This document shows positions 9,816 through 19,682 of a stretch of 64,000 nucleotides of DNA, one piece after another. The first letter of the stretch is position 1. Each line of letters begins with the position of its first letter. A program made the position numbers and the translations under genes. The notes under the pieces are model-generated. The model made no database searches, had not been told where the DNA came from, and saw nothing but the letters and a program-made list of their open reading frames with translations. This stretch comes from Polyangiaceae bacterium (GTDB taxonomy: Bacteria > Myxococcota_A > Polyangia > Polyangiales > Polyangiaceae): NCBI GenBank assembly GCA_044222475.1, contig JBGANF010000019.1, positions 20,673-84,672 on the forward strand, written 5' to 3'.

Positions 9816-11339
9816 ATGTCGCTCCGCTTCTACAACTCGCTCACCCAAAGGCTGGAAGCGTTCGAGCCGCTGACCCCCGGTGAAGCCAAGGTCTACGTCT
9901 GTGGCATCACGACGTACGACCTCGCGCACGCCGGCCACGCCCGCACCTACACCACGTTCGACGTCCTGGTCCGTCACCTGCGCGCGCGTGGCTACAAAGT
10001 CACCCACTGCCGCAACGTGACCGACGTCGACGACAAGATCGTCAAGCGCGCGGCGGAGCTCGGTGAGGATCCCGTCGCCTTCTCGGCGCGCATGTCCAAG
10101 GTCGCCGACGAGGATCTACTTGCCATCGGCTGCGAGCACCCCGACGAGAACCCGCGCGTCTCGACGACGATGCCGGAGATCATCGCGTTCATCGAGCGGT
10201 TGATCGAGCGCGAGCACGCGTATGCCGTCGACACGCCGAAGGGCAAGGACGTCTACTTCGCGGTGCGCAGCTTCGCCGGCTACGGCAAGCTCTCGCATCG
10301 CAACATCGACGATCTGCAGGCCGGCGCCCGGATCGAGGTCGGCGAGCTCAAGCGCGACCCGCTCGACTTCGCCCTCTGGAAGGGCGACACGGCGGCCTCG
10401 TTCGGCTTCGACAGCCCGTGGGGCAAAGGGCGACCGGGGTGGCACATCGAGTGCTCCGCGATGTCCTTGAAGCTCCTCGGCGAGCACTTCGACATCCACG
10501 CCGGCGGGATGGATCTCATCTTTCCTCATCACGAGAACGAGATCGCGCAGAGCGAAGCTCTCTTCGGACCGCCGATGGCGAAGGTATGGCTCCACGGCGG
10601 CTTCCTCGAGGTCGACAAGGAGAAGATGTCGAAGTCGCTCGGGAACTTCGTGACGATTCGAGACGTGCTCGAACGCAACGACGCCGAGGCCCTGCGCTAC
10701 TTCCTCCTCGGCACCCACTACCGCGGCCCCCTCAGCTTCGACGTCGAGAAGCGCGACGACGGCCGGGTGATCTTCCCCTCGGTCGACGAAGCCGAGCGGC
10801 GCGTCGAGTACTTGTATCTTACACGTGACGCGCTGACCCGCGTCGCCCGCGATGCGACGAAGCGAGACCCCTCGGTCCTCGCGCCGATCGCCAAGATCAT
10901 CGACGAGTCGAAGGAGCGCGTGCTCACCGCGCTCGACAAGGACCTCAACGCGCCCCAGGCGCTCGCCGTCATCGGCGAGCTCGCGAAGGCGGCCAACGAC
11001 CTCGTCGTCCAAGTCGGCAAGCTGAAGAAGGACCCCGCCAAGGAGGACGCGGCCCGCGCCCTCGCTGGCGCCGCCATCGTCGCCCTCGACGAGAGCACCC
11101 GCGTCCTCGGGTTGCTCCTCACCAGCACCGAGGACTTCCTGCGCCGAACGCGCGAGAAGCGCCTCCGCTTGCGCGGGCTCGACGCCAAGGCCATCGACGA
11201 CAAGGTGGACGCACGCAACGCCGCCCGCGCCGCGAAGGACTTCGCTCAGGCCGACGCGCTCCGGAAGGAGCTCGCGGCGATCGGCGTCGAGCTGCTCGAC
11301 GGGACCGACGGCAAGACGTCCTGGCGGGTCACGGTCTAG
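9816..11339 (+). CDS. cysS: Cysteine--tRNA ligase
   Basis: YVCGIT, HAGH, DFALWK, GRPGWHIECSAM, KMSKS. Confidence 0.97.
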   Translation: MSLRFYNSLTQRLEAFEPLTPGEAKVYVCGITTYDLAHAGHARTYTTFDVLVRHLRARGYKVTHCRNVTDVDDKIVKRAAELGEDPVAFSARMSKVADEDLLAIGCEHPDENPRVSTTMPEIIAFIERLIEREHAYAVDTPKGKDVYFAVRSFAGYGKLSHRNIDDLQAGARIEVGELKRDPLDFALWKGDTAASFGFDSPWGKGRPGWHIECSAMSLKLLGEHFDIHAGGMDLIFPHHENEIAQSEALFGPPMAKVWLHGGFLEVDKEKMSKSLGNFVTIRDVLERNDAEALRYFLLGTHYRGPLSFDVEKRDDGRVIFPSVDEAERRVEYLYLTRDALTRVARDATKRDPSVLAPIAKIIDESKERVLTALDKDLNAPQALAVIGELAKAANDLVVQVGKLKKDPAKEDAARALAGAAIVALDESTRVLGLLLTSTEDFLRRTREKRLRLRGLDAKAIDDKVDARNAARAAKDFAQADALRKELAAIGVELLDGTDGKTSWRVTV

Positions 11340-12514
11340 CTAGCGACGCGCGGCAGCCGCACGGTGAACGTGGAGCCTCGGCCGACGTCGGAGTCGACGC
11401 CGACGCTGCCACCGGCGCTCGTCACGAGACCGTAGACGGTCGCCAGCCCCATGCCGCTGCCGCGGCCTGGCTCCTTCGTCGTGAAGAACGGCTCGAAGAT
11501 CCGCGCCTTCACCTCGGGCGTCATCCCAGCGCCTTGGTCGCGGACGACGACGCGCGCCTCGACGTCGTCGCTTTCGACGGTGATCGTCACGAGAGACTTC
11601 GGGGGCGATGCGTCGCGCGCGTTGAAGACGAGGTTGAGGACGATCTGCTCGATCTCGGAGCGAGCGATGCGGACTCGAGCGGGCTTCGCGAGCGGTCCGG
11701 TGTGGAGCGCGACCTTGATCTCCGCTTCGAGCGCGTGGAAGAACGGCCCCATCCCCTCGAGGACGGCGGCGAGATCGAGGACCTCGGCGGGCATCGGGAC
11801 GTGCTCGCCGAAGACGAGCAGCTTGCCCACCAGTCGCCTGCCGATCTCGATCGCCGAGATCGCCTCGGGCGTGGTCGCCTTCAGCGCGAGCACGCCGAGG
11901 ACACCGTTGAAGTCGTGCGCGACCGACGCCGCGAGCCGCCCCATCGCGCGCAGGCGCTCGCCACGACGGAGCTCGTCCTCCGCCGCGAGCCGCCCCGCCT
12001 GCTCGAAGAGCACCCCGATGACGTCGGCGACCGAGCTCGCGAAGTCGAGGTCGCGCTCGTCGAACGTCCGCGGCGAGCCGATCTGCTCGTGGCAGACGAT
12101 GCCGTACACCTCGCCCTCGTGGAAGATGGGCGCGTCGAGCATCGACGTGATGCCCATCGGCGCGAGGTAGCTCTCGGTGAGCTCGGCGGTGCGTGGGTCG
12201 TGCCGTGCGTCGGGCGCGGCGACCACCCGGCGCGACTCGATCGCCGCGAGGTAGCGCGGCGACGTCGCGAGCTGGACGACCTGGCCGCGCGTGAACCCTT
12301 CGACCCGGCGATCGAGCTGAGCGATGCAGTAGAGCGCGGTCGCCGTTCGATCGAGGATCCACACGCCGACGCGATCGATGCCGAGCGCGCGCGCGCTGGT
12401 GGCGCAGGCGCGCTCGAGGGACGGCACGAGCTCCTCGGGTAGAGCGAGCTTCGTTCGCGCGAGCTCGAGGCGGCTCTTCTCGAACGCGCTGACTGGACCC
12501 TCGGGCTCCGTCAT
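11336..12514 (-). CDS. GAF-domain sensor histidine kinase
   Basis: GAF (SMLDAPI, IVCHE), H-box AHDFN, NLVFNARDA, DQGAG, FEPFFTTK, GSGMGL. Confidence 0.9.
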   Translation of the reverse strand: MTEPEGPVSAFEKSRLELARTKLALPEELVPSLERACATSARALGIDRVGVWILDRTATALYCIAQLDRRVEGFTRGQVVQLATSPRYLAAIESRRVVAAPDARHDPRTAELTESYLAPMGITSMLDAPIFHEGEVYGIVCHEQIGSPRTFDERDLDFASSVADVIGVLFEQAGRLAAEDELRRGERLRAMGRLAASVAHDFNGVLGVLALKATTPEAISAIEIGRRLVGKLLVFGEHVPMPAEVLDLAAVLEGMGPFFHALEAEIKVALHTGPLAKPARVRIARSEIEQIVLNLVFNARDASPPKSLVTITVESDDVEARVVVRDQGAGMTPEVKARIFEPFFTTKEPGRGSGMGLATVYGLVTSAGGSVGVDSDVGRGSTFTVRLPRVAS

Positions 12515-12531
12515 GGTCCCCCCACCCTACC

Positions 12532-13950
12532 TCAGTCCGGCGCGCCGAGTTTCCTCTCGAGGACCTCGAGGTGGGCGCGCACTTCGGGATCCGACTGGCG
12601 AAGCGACTCCACCTTGCGCACCGCGCTCATCACCGTCGTGTGATCGCGGTTGCCGAACGCGCGGCCCAACTCCGGGAAGCTCGACTTGAGGCGCTGCTTG
12701 CACAGGTACATCGCGATGTGACGCGCGAACGCGATGCTCTTGTGGCGGTCCTTGGAGAGCAGGTCCTGGCTCTTGAGCTTGAAATGGTGGCAGACGACGC
12801 GCTGGATGTCGTCGACGCTCGCCTCGGTCGGGCGAACGCTCGCCGCCGCGAAGATCTCGCTCTTGGCGAACTCGACGGTGATCGGCTTTCCGAGGAGCGA
12901 TGCCTTGGCGGCGATCCGGATGAGGGTTCCTTCGAGCTCGCGGACGTTGCTCCGGACGGTCTGCGCGATCGCGAGGACCACTTCGCCGGGGACGTCGAGC
13001 TTCTCGAGCTGAGCCTTCTTGCGCACGATGGCGACGCGAGTCTCGAGCTCGGGCGCCTGCACGTCGGCGACGAGACCCGAAGCGAAGCGCGACACGAGCC
13101 GCTCTTCCATGCGCTCGAGCTGCTGAGGGTACTTGTCGCTCGTCAGGATGATCTGCTTGTCGGCTTGGTGGAGCGCGTTGAAGGCGTGGAAGAACTCTTC
13201 CTGGGTCTGGGTCTTCGACGCGAGGAACTGGATGTCGTCGACGAGGAGGACGTCGCACTTCTCGCGGTAGCGCGCCCGGAACTCGGCCATCTTCTGGTCT
13301 TGGAGCGCCTGGACGAACTCGTTGATGAACTTCTCGGCCGAGACGTAGACGATGCGCGCTTCCGGGCGCTCGTCGCGAATGCGGTGCGCGACGGCGTGGA
13401 CGAGGTGCGTCTTGCCGAGGCCGGTGCCGCCGCAGAGGAACAGCGGGTTGTGACGCGGTCCACCGCCACCGGCGGCGGCGATCGACGCGGCGTGGGCGAG
13501 CTGGTTCGACGGACCGACGACGAAGTTGGCGAACGTGTACTTCGGGTTCAAGCCCTCGAGCGGCGGCGCGGCGCGGCGCGCTGCTGGTTCGATCGGGCGT
13601 GCGCCCGAGTCGGGCTGCGGACGGATCGCGAGCGCCTTGGGGCGAACGGGCTCGCTGACCGGCGGGTGATCGGAGACCGGGCGCTCGAGCGCGCCGCCGA
13701 TCGACCACGCGATCTGAACGCTCCACCCCGTGCGGCTGCGCAAGAAGTCCGTGAGCGTCGGAACGAAATGTTGATCGACCCACTCGCGGACGAACTCGTC
13801 GCGCGCGCGAAGGCTCAACACGCCGTCCACGATGCCGTCGTACTGGACGCCGGAGAACCACTGGTCGAAGCTCGCCGGCGAACGCTCGCGCGTGAACGCG
13901 ACGGCCTCCGTCCAAAGATCTTCTTCGACTGCTCGCTCGATCCCGATCAC
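12532..13950 (-). CDS. dnaA: Chromosomal replication initiator DnaA
   Basis: LNPKYTFANFVVG, GGTGLGKTHL, LLVDDIQFL, NVRELEG, RDHTTV. Confidence 0.97.
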   Translation of the reverse strand: MIGIERAVEEDLWTEAVAFTRERSPASFDQWFSGVQYDGIVDGVLSLRARDEFVREWVDQHFVPTLTDFLRSRTGWSVQIAWSIGGALERPVSDHPPVSEPVRPKALAIRPQPDSGARPIEPAARRAAPPLEGLNPKYTFANFVVGPSNQLAHAASIAAAGGGGPRHNPLFLCGGTGLGKTHLVHAVAHRIRDERPEARIVYVSAEKFINEFVQALQDQKMAEFRARYREKCDVLLVDDIQFLASKTQTQEEFFHAFNALHQADKQIILTSDKYPQQLERMEERLVSRFASGLVADVQAPELETRVAIVRKKAQLEKLDVPGEVVLAIAQTVRSNVRELEGTLIRIAAKASLLGKPITVEFAKSEIFAAASVRPTEASVDDIQRVVCHHFKLKSQDLLSKDRHKSIAFARHIAMYLCKQRLKSSFPELGRAFGNRDHTTVMSAVRKVESLRQSDPEVRAHLEVLERKLGAPD

Positions 13951-14044
13951 ACGGACCTCATCGCTCTAAAGACACTTCGAACGACCCCGGACCCGCCGGA
14001 ACCCAAACCCACCCCGAACAGCGGCACTACACGATCCGCACAAG

Positions 14045-14065
14045 TTATCCACAGGGTGTGGAAAA
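14045..14065. promoter_or_regulatory. Pair of oppositely oriented DnaA boxes upstream of dnaA
   Basis: TTATCCACA (14045-14053, consensus) and TGTGGAAAA (14057-14065, reverse complement TTTTCCACA, one mismatch). Confidence 0.85.
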
Positions 14066-14550
14066 CCCGGCTGACGAGAAAACACCGCCCGGACCCCTCC
14101 AGGTGCGCGTGCCCGTGAACGATCACGCAAACGCCACCCGGGGGAAACCCCGCCCACGACTCACATCGACCCGAGAAGAGCGACCGGCGCTCGACGCGGT
14201 AAATGCTTCGGTATCACCCCCTGTTTGCGGTCGTCCATGGCGATCCTGCAAAGTGGGCTCAAATTGTCGGATTCATTGGGCATTATTGGTTGTAATCCCC
14301 CAATGAAGTCTCCCATTTTGGGACAATTGTGACGGCCAGGTGAACCAAGATTTTGGAATCATTGGCGCTTTCGAATTGGTTGCGCATTCCAAGCACCTCG
14401 CGACTCGGGAATTGCAGGGGCGCGCGCGTGTCAAGAGCCGACGATACAGCGTTCTTTCCGCGCCAAACGCGTCCGCCGAAGCGTCGGGCGGGTGGCGGGA
14501 TCCGCCAAAAACTGGTCCGAACTTCGACAGGCAGGTTAGGGCTCCCGAGA

Positions 14551-15561
14551 GTGAAGCAAGCCTCCCACGCCGGCTCCCACCTCCGACGATCCCTATGTGG
14601 GACAGGTCTCCGCGCAGCGTCACTCCTCCTGACGCTCGCGATGGCGAGGGAAGCGAACGCCGACCCGTCGTCGACCTCGGTCCAGCAAGGGTACGAGGGG
14701 GGCGACATCCAGTCGCCGCGGACGATGGCGATGGCGAACGCGCAGACCGCCCTCGGAACGTCGACCTCGGCGCTCGTCGGAAACCCCGCGAACCTGCCTT
14801 TTGCCCGCGTCTATCACTTCGAGGCGCTGGCGTTCTATCAGCCAGAGGCGCGCCGTCAGAGCTACGGCGGCGCGGTCGCCGACTCGGTGACGAACAAGCT
14901 CGCCGGTGGGTTCGTCGGGACGTGGAACAACATGGATCCGGACGGCATCGATCGGACGTGGACCGACATGCGTCTGTCGGTCGCGTATCCGCTCACCGAC
15001 TGGCTCGCGCTCGGGCTCACCGGGCGCTACCTCCGCGTCACGCAAGCGACGTCGCGCGGTCCGTTCGGTTCGAGCATCGTGTCCGACGGCACGCCGGATC
15101 AGGCTCTCGCCAGCATCTTCACGTTCAACGCCGGCGTCACGGTCCAGCCGCTGAAAGGCCTGTCGTTCGGCGTCGTCGGCTCGAACCTGACCCACCCGGG
15201 AAACGGACTCGCGCCCACCACGCTCGGCATCGGCGCGGGCTTCACGAACGAGATGATCTCGGTCGAGGGCGACTGCCACATCGACTTCGACACCTGGGGC
15301 AACGCTCGGTCGCGGTGGGGCCTCGCCGGTGAGCTCTTCATCGTGAACCATCTCCTCATCCGTGCGGGCTATCGCTTCGACACCGGCATGAAGACTCACG
15401 CCGTGTCGCTCGGCACCGGCTACGTCGATCGCCGGTTCAGCGTCGAGCTCTCGGCGCGGCGGGACGTCGTCGCGGACAACCCGGCGACGTCGTTCGTGCT
15501 CGGGCTCCGCTACTTCTACGACACCGGCGTCGCGCCCGACCAGGCGATGGGCGCGGACTGA
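14551..15561 (+). CDS. Outer-membrane beta-barrel protein (PorV/FadL-like)
   Basis: Signal peptide ending ANA-D, PRTMAMANA...NPANL motif, alternating beta strands; start uncertain. Confidence 0.65.
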   Translation: MKQASHAGSHLRRSLCGTGLRAASLLLTLAMAREANADPSSTSVQQGYEGGDIQSPRTMAMANAQTALGTSTSALVGNPANLPFARVYHFEALAFYQPEARRQSYGGAVADSVTNKLAGGFVGTWNNMDPDGIDRTWTDMRLSVAYPLTDWLALGLTGRYLRVTQATSRGPFGSSIVSDGTPDQALASIFTFNAGVTVQPLKGLSFGVVGSNLTHPGNGLAPTTLGIGAGFTNEMISVEGDCHIDFDTWGNARSRWGLAGELFIVNHLLIRAGYRFDTGMKTHAVSLGTGYVDRRFSVELSARRDVVADNPATSFVLGLRYFYDTGVAPDQAMGAD

Positions 15562-15604
15562 ATGAGCCTCCTCTCCACGCGGTCCCTCCGCTGCGCGTCG
15601 GGAT

Positions 15605-16360
15605 CTACGACGGCAGCACGTAGCGGACGCAGAGGTCGTCGCTCGCGTGGCGCGCCACGAGCGCCGGCTCGGTAGGCGCGGGGTACCGCACGACGCGGGG
15701 ACCCGGCACCACTTGTACCGAAATGGGATACGGATCCGCCTCCGCCCCGCACAGCCTCGCGTCGGACGCCCCTGCGAACGGCCGACCATCGAGCGCGACC
15801 AGCTCGACCCTGCCGACCGTCAGCGGCGTGCCCGCGAACGTGCCCAGCCGCACGAGCACCTCGCGACCTCCGTTGGCGTCGGCCTCGATCGGCCCGAGGA
15901 GCGTTCGGATCCGCACCGTGGCCGCCCCCGCCCGAGCGAACGCGCGCCGGAGGGACGGCTCTCTCAGGTGGAGCACCTCACCGGCCGAGGTCTCTCGCCC
16001 GAGGAGCTCGCGCGCGGTGGACGGCCTTCGAGCCGCGCGCTCGGTGACGACGACCTCGCCGACGTCGCCCGCCGAAGGGCCGGTCGCGTCGGCCGAGAGG
16101 AGGTGCACGTCGAACGCGCGCGGCGCACCGGGACCACCGAACGCCACGAAGGCGTCGATGTCACCGCTCTGCCACTCGCCCCGTGCGAAGGTGACCTCCT
16201 GGGTGACGACGGTGGCATCACGCCCTGCGTCGATCCGAACGCGAGTCACCACCGGCAGCGCCGGGATCGGCGCAGACGGCCGAGGCGGCGGTCGCGGCGG
16301 CACCTTCGGCGGCGCGAGGAGCACGGTCAGAGCGAGCGCGCCGAGCACCGCGCGGATCAT
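15605..16360 (-). CDS. Exported hypothetical protein
   Basis: MIRAVLGALALTVLLA signal and Pro-rich stretch. Confidence 0.6.
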   Translation of the reverse strand: MIRAVLGALALTVLLAPPKVPPRPPPRPSAPIPALPVVTRVRIDAGRDATVVTQEVTFARGEWQSGDIDAFVAFGGPGAPRAFDVHLLSADATGPSAGDVGEVVVTERAARRPSTARELLGRETSAGEVLHLREPSLRRAFARAGAATVRIRTLLGPIEADANGGREVLVRLGTFAGTPLTVGRVELVALDGRPFAGASDARLCGAEADPYPISVQVVPGPRVVRYPAPTEPALVARHASDDLCVRYVLPS

Positions 16361-17643
16361 CGGAGCTCGACCTCGAACGCGCGCGCGAGCTCGACCGCTG
16401 CGTCGCCCGACGGCGCGATCTCGGGTGCCGGCGCAGCGCTCCGCGATCGGAGCTCGACGATCGCGCGCGGGTTGTCGAACCAGTCGTCGTCGTGACGATC
16501 GCGGAGCTCGCGGGCGAGCGGCGCGACGCCGAACAGCGCGAGGGCGCGGCCGACGTCGCCCGGTGCGAGATCGAAGAAGAGGCTCGACGCGCGATCCGCT
16601 TCGCCGAGGACCTCGTGGGCTAGCTCGTCCTTGGGCGCGCCGGCGAGGACGCAGAGCTTGGCCGCGAGCCGGCGGCCTTCGACGAGAAACGCGGCCGCGA
16701 ACGCCCGCGACTGCGCCGCCGCGACGCGCTGCGAGAGCCCGAGCCTCCGGGTCGAGAAGCGACGCGTCGCGAGGAGCGACGCGAACAGCAAGCCGAAGCG
16801 CTCAGCGTCGACGAAGCGCGGGGGCACTCGGAGCGCGAACGGGATCCCGCGCGGCGAGAACGCGTGACGGAGCGCGACCCCGAAGCGAGCGAACGCGATC
16901 GCGAAGCTCGCGCCGCCGTGCGCCGACGGCACGGTGAACGCCGGGAGGCGCACCCCCTGGGTCCAACCACGAAGCGCATCGAGGACGAAGCGAGGACCGA
17001 GCCGGTTCGGCCAGCCTTCGGCGGCGCTCCGCGCGAGGGTGACATCGAGCGCGAGCGGCCACGTCGGTGCCGGGCGTCGCTTGAGCTCGTCGCGCGCGAG
17101 ATCACGGGTGTGGTCCAGGAACGCGCGCGCGGTGGCGACGAGCGCCGGCGGGCCGTCCGCGTCGGCGACCTCCAGCCGCGACAGTACCTCGCGCTCGAGG
17201 TCGCGCACGCGCCGGCGCGCCTCCAGCACCAGCGGCGCGCACTCGTCGATCGCGGCGACGTGGCGGCGAGCCTCCTCGGCGCTGGTGGACGCGACGAGGC
17301 CGCGAACCGCATCGTGCAACGAGACCTTCGTGGCGCGCTCGAGGGTCAGCGTTCCGCGCGGCTCGTGCTCGGCGCGCGAGAGGTCGACCTCGGCATCGCG
17401 CGCGACCCGCGCGACGGTGAGCGCTTCGACCCATGCGACGAGGGCGTCCCGAAGCGGCCCCTCCACCGGTGACGGCGGGAGCGCGGCGAGCGCGTCGCGG
17501 AGGCGCTTTCCCTGGACCTCGCGCCTGGACTCCAGCGGCGCTTCGTCCCAAGCCGCGGCCTCTCCGGCGTGGATCCGCGCGCGCCATCGCGCGAGCGCGG
17601 TCACGGCGGCTTCGATCTCGCGGTCGAGGCGGAGGAGGTCCAC
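16357..17643 (-). CDS. Hypothetical protein (possibly degenerate M3 peptidase-like)
   Basis: Open frame after miaE; C-terminal LRDRHDDDWFDNPRA; no HExxH. Confidence 0.55.
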   Translation of the reverse strand: MDLLRLDREIEAAVTALARWRARIHAGEAAAWDEAPLESRREVQGKRLRDALAALPPSPVEGPLRDALVAWVEALTVARVARDAEVDLSRAEHEPRGTLTLERATKVSLHDAVRGLVASTSAEEARRHVAAIDECAPLVLEARRRVRDLEREVLSRLEVADADGPPALVATARAFLDHTRDLARDELKRRPAPTWPLALDVTLARSAAEGWPNRLGPRFVLDALRGWTQGVRLPAFTVPSAHGGASFAIAFARFGVALRHAFSPRGIPFALRVPPRFVDAERFGLLFASLLATRRFSTRRLGLSQRVAAAQSRAFAAAFLVEGRRLAAKLCVLAGAPKDELAHEVLGEADRASSLFFDLAPGDVGRALALFGVAPLARELRDRHDDDWFDNPRAIVELRSRSAAPAPEIAPSGDAAVELARAFEVELR

Positions 17644-17648
17644 CGCGC

Positions 17649-18275
17649 CTACCCGTGGATCTCCGGCCGCAGCTCGATCGCGGCGAGGCGCTGGACGAGC
17701 AACCCCTCGGCCTCGGCGAGGCGGTCGAGACGGATGCGCACGAGCTCCTCGTCGCCGTCGGCCGCGAGGGTCGCCATCTCCTGGAACTCCCGGTAGTGCC
17801 GCGCTTCGGCCGCGAACAGCTCCGTGTAGAATGCATGCAACTCGGAGTCGGGTGGGAGGACGTCGAGGAGGAGCTTGAACCGCTCGCACGAGCGAGCCTC
17901 GATGAGCGCTCCGACGAGGAGGCGATCGACGAGCGGATGGACGCGCCGCTCGCCGGCGGCCGTCGTCTCGATGCGCGGGGCGGCGGTGGCGAGCTTCCGC
18001 AGCTCGGCGGCGTAGCGGTCCGGAGCCGGGACGCCGAGCTCGAGGCCGCGCGCTTCGAGGATCGCGAGGACGCGATCGAAGTGAACGAGCTCTTCCTGCG
18101 CGACGGCCACGAGGCGACGCACGAGCGCTGCGCGATCCGGGTGGCGCCCGGCGAGCGCGAGCGCGTTGGAGGCGGCCTTCATCTCGCAGTGGGCGTGATC
18201 GACGAGGACCGCGTCGAGATCGAGCTTGGCCCGTTCGATCCACGCGGGGTCGGTCGCCACCTTCAGCCCGAGCAT
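17649..18275 (-). CDS. miaE: tRNA ms2io6A37 hydroxylase MiaE
   Basis: DHAHCEMKAA, EELVHF, IEARSCERF, EARH diiron motifs. Confidence 0.92.
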   Translation of the reverse strand: MLGLKVATDPAWIERAKLDLDAVLVDHAHCEMKAASNALALAGRHPDRAALVRRLVAVAQEELVHFDRVLAILEARGLELGVPAPDRYAAELRKLATAAPRIETTAAGERRVHPLVDRLLVGALIEARSCERFKLLLDVLPPDSELHAFYTELFAAEARHYREFQEMATLAADGDEELVRIRLDRLAEAEGLLVQRLAAIELRPEIHG

Positions 18276-18293
18276 CGCCCGGCGTTTAGCACA

Positions 18294-18815
18294 TCAGGCC
18301 GAGCGGCGCCTCCGCCCCACGCTGCCGCCGAGGTAGGCGGTCGGGGCAGAGACGAGAGGCACGACGAGCGGAGCGAGCGAGAAGCCGCCGACCGCACCGA
18401 ACGTCAGCGCGCACGCGACGATGCCGGCGAAGAGTCCGGCAAGCGCGGGCTCGCGCCGCGTCGTCCCCACGCCGTAGCGACCGACGAGGTATCCGCCGAC
18501 GAACGACGCGAGCGCGAGCGCGAGCACGTGAGGCACCGCGAGCGTGGACACGATCGACGCGCGCTCGGAGCTCGACATGGTCGCGAACGCCGCCGAGATC
18601 TCCTCGGGAGAGCTCGCCCCGGGGAGGCGCCGCTCGAGGTACCCGCGGACCACGCGGGCCGAGATCCACGCGAGCGGCAGCCACGCCCCGAAGATCGCGA
18701 CGACGCCGAACCCCACCCAGTGCCACGGCGGGCGGGGCGGGTCCTCGTCGGCCCCCGAGTCGGGCTCGGGGCGGGGCGAAGACACGATCGGCAGGCGGCG
18801 TTTGTCGTCAGCCAT
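18294..18815 (-). CDS. Hypothetical membrane protein
   Basis: RPPWHWVGFG then several TM segments. Confidence 0.65.
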   Translation of the reverse strand: MADDKRRLPIVSSPRPEPDSGADEDPPRPPWHWVGFGVVAIFGAWLPLAWISARVVRGYLERRLPGASSPEEISAAFATMSSSERASIVSTLAVPHVLALALASFVGGYLVGRYGVGTTRREPALAGLFAGIVACALTFGAVGGFSLAPLVVPLVSAPTAYLGGSVGRRRRSA

Positions 18816-18859
18816 GGTCAGGACCTCGTGACCATGGCAGAAACGCGGGTGCAAATCGA

Positions 18860-19288
18860 ATGGAGAGCCGAGACCCCAACCTGAGCGTCGTCGAGATGCG
18901 CGTCCGCTTCTTCGAGACGGACCTCATGGGCATCGTTCATCACGCCGCGTACCTCACGTATTTCGAGGCGGCGCGGGTGGAGTGGCTGCGCCTCCGCGGC
19001 GTCACCTACGCCGACTGGGCCCGGCGCGGCGTGCACCTGCCGGTCGTGGAGGCGAACACGCGGTACCGCGCGCCGGCCCACTTCGACGACGTCCTGACGA
19101 TCGAGACGCGGCTCACCGAGGTGCGCTCGCACTCGGTGCGGTTCGAGTACCGAACGCTGCGCGGGACCCTCGTCATCGCCGAGGGGTCGACGCGGCTCGC
19201 GTGCGTCGGCGAGGACCACAAGCTGGTGAGGATCCCGGCCGAGGTGAAGGACGTGCTGCTTCGCGGAGAACTTCCGGCGGCAGGGTGA
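18860..19288 (+). CDS. Acyl-CoA thioesterase (YbgC/FadM family)
   Basis: RVRFFETDLMGIVHHAAYLTYFEAAR. Confidence 0.9.
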   Translation: MESRDPNLSVVEMRVRFFETDLMGIVHHAAYLTYFEAARVEWLRLRGVTYADWARRGVHLPVVEANTRYRAPAHFDDVLTIETRLTEVRSHSVRFEYRTLRGTLVIAEGSTRLACVGEDHKLVRIPAEVKDVLLRGELPAAG

Positions 19289-19299
19289 TTTCCGCTAGG

Positions 19300-19680
19300 A
19301 TGACGTCGATGCGTCGTTCGTTCGTCCTCGTTTTGGGCCTCGCCTTGTTGGCGGGGGGTTGCCGAAAGAGCGCCGCAGCACGCCTCGAAGGCCACTGGCG
19401 CGGCGTGAAGGCGACCGGGGTCTCGGCAGACGCGCAGTCGGCGGCGAACCTCTACGCCTCCCAAATGGAGCTCGACTTCAAGGGCGACAAAGTCTCGGTG
19501 CAGAACGGCCACGAGAAGCAGAGCGGCAAGTTCAAGATCGTGAGCGAGGACAAGACTTCGTTCACCCTCGTGACCGACGGCGACGGAACGGCCGACGAGC
19601 AGAAATTCACGATCGACAGCGACAAAGAGATCAGCTGGGCGGTCCTGCCCGGCAAGACGATTCAGTTCCAGAAGCAGTGA
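19300..19680 (+). CDS. Lipoprotein, hypothetical
   Basis: LALLAGGC lipobox, LEGHWRG. Confidence 0.7.
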   Translation: MTSMRRSFVLVLGLALLAGGCRKSAAARLEGHWRGVKATGVSADAQSAANLYASQMELDFKGDKVSVQNGHEKQSGKFKIVSEDKTSFTLVTDGDGTADEQKFTIDSDKEISWAVLPGKTIQFQKQ

Positions 19681-19682
19681 TC

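Noticed and set aside
18786..18815. KRRLPIV N-terminus similar to the KRRLEVM C-terminus of the SPASM enzyme
   Set aside because: Too short to distinguish from chance without a proteome-wide count.
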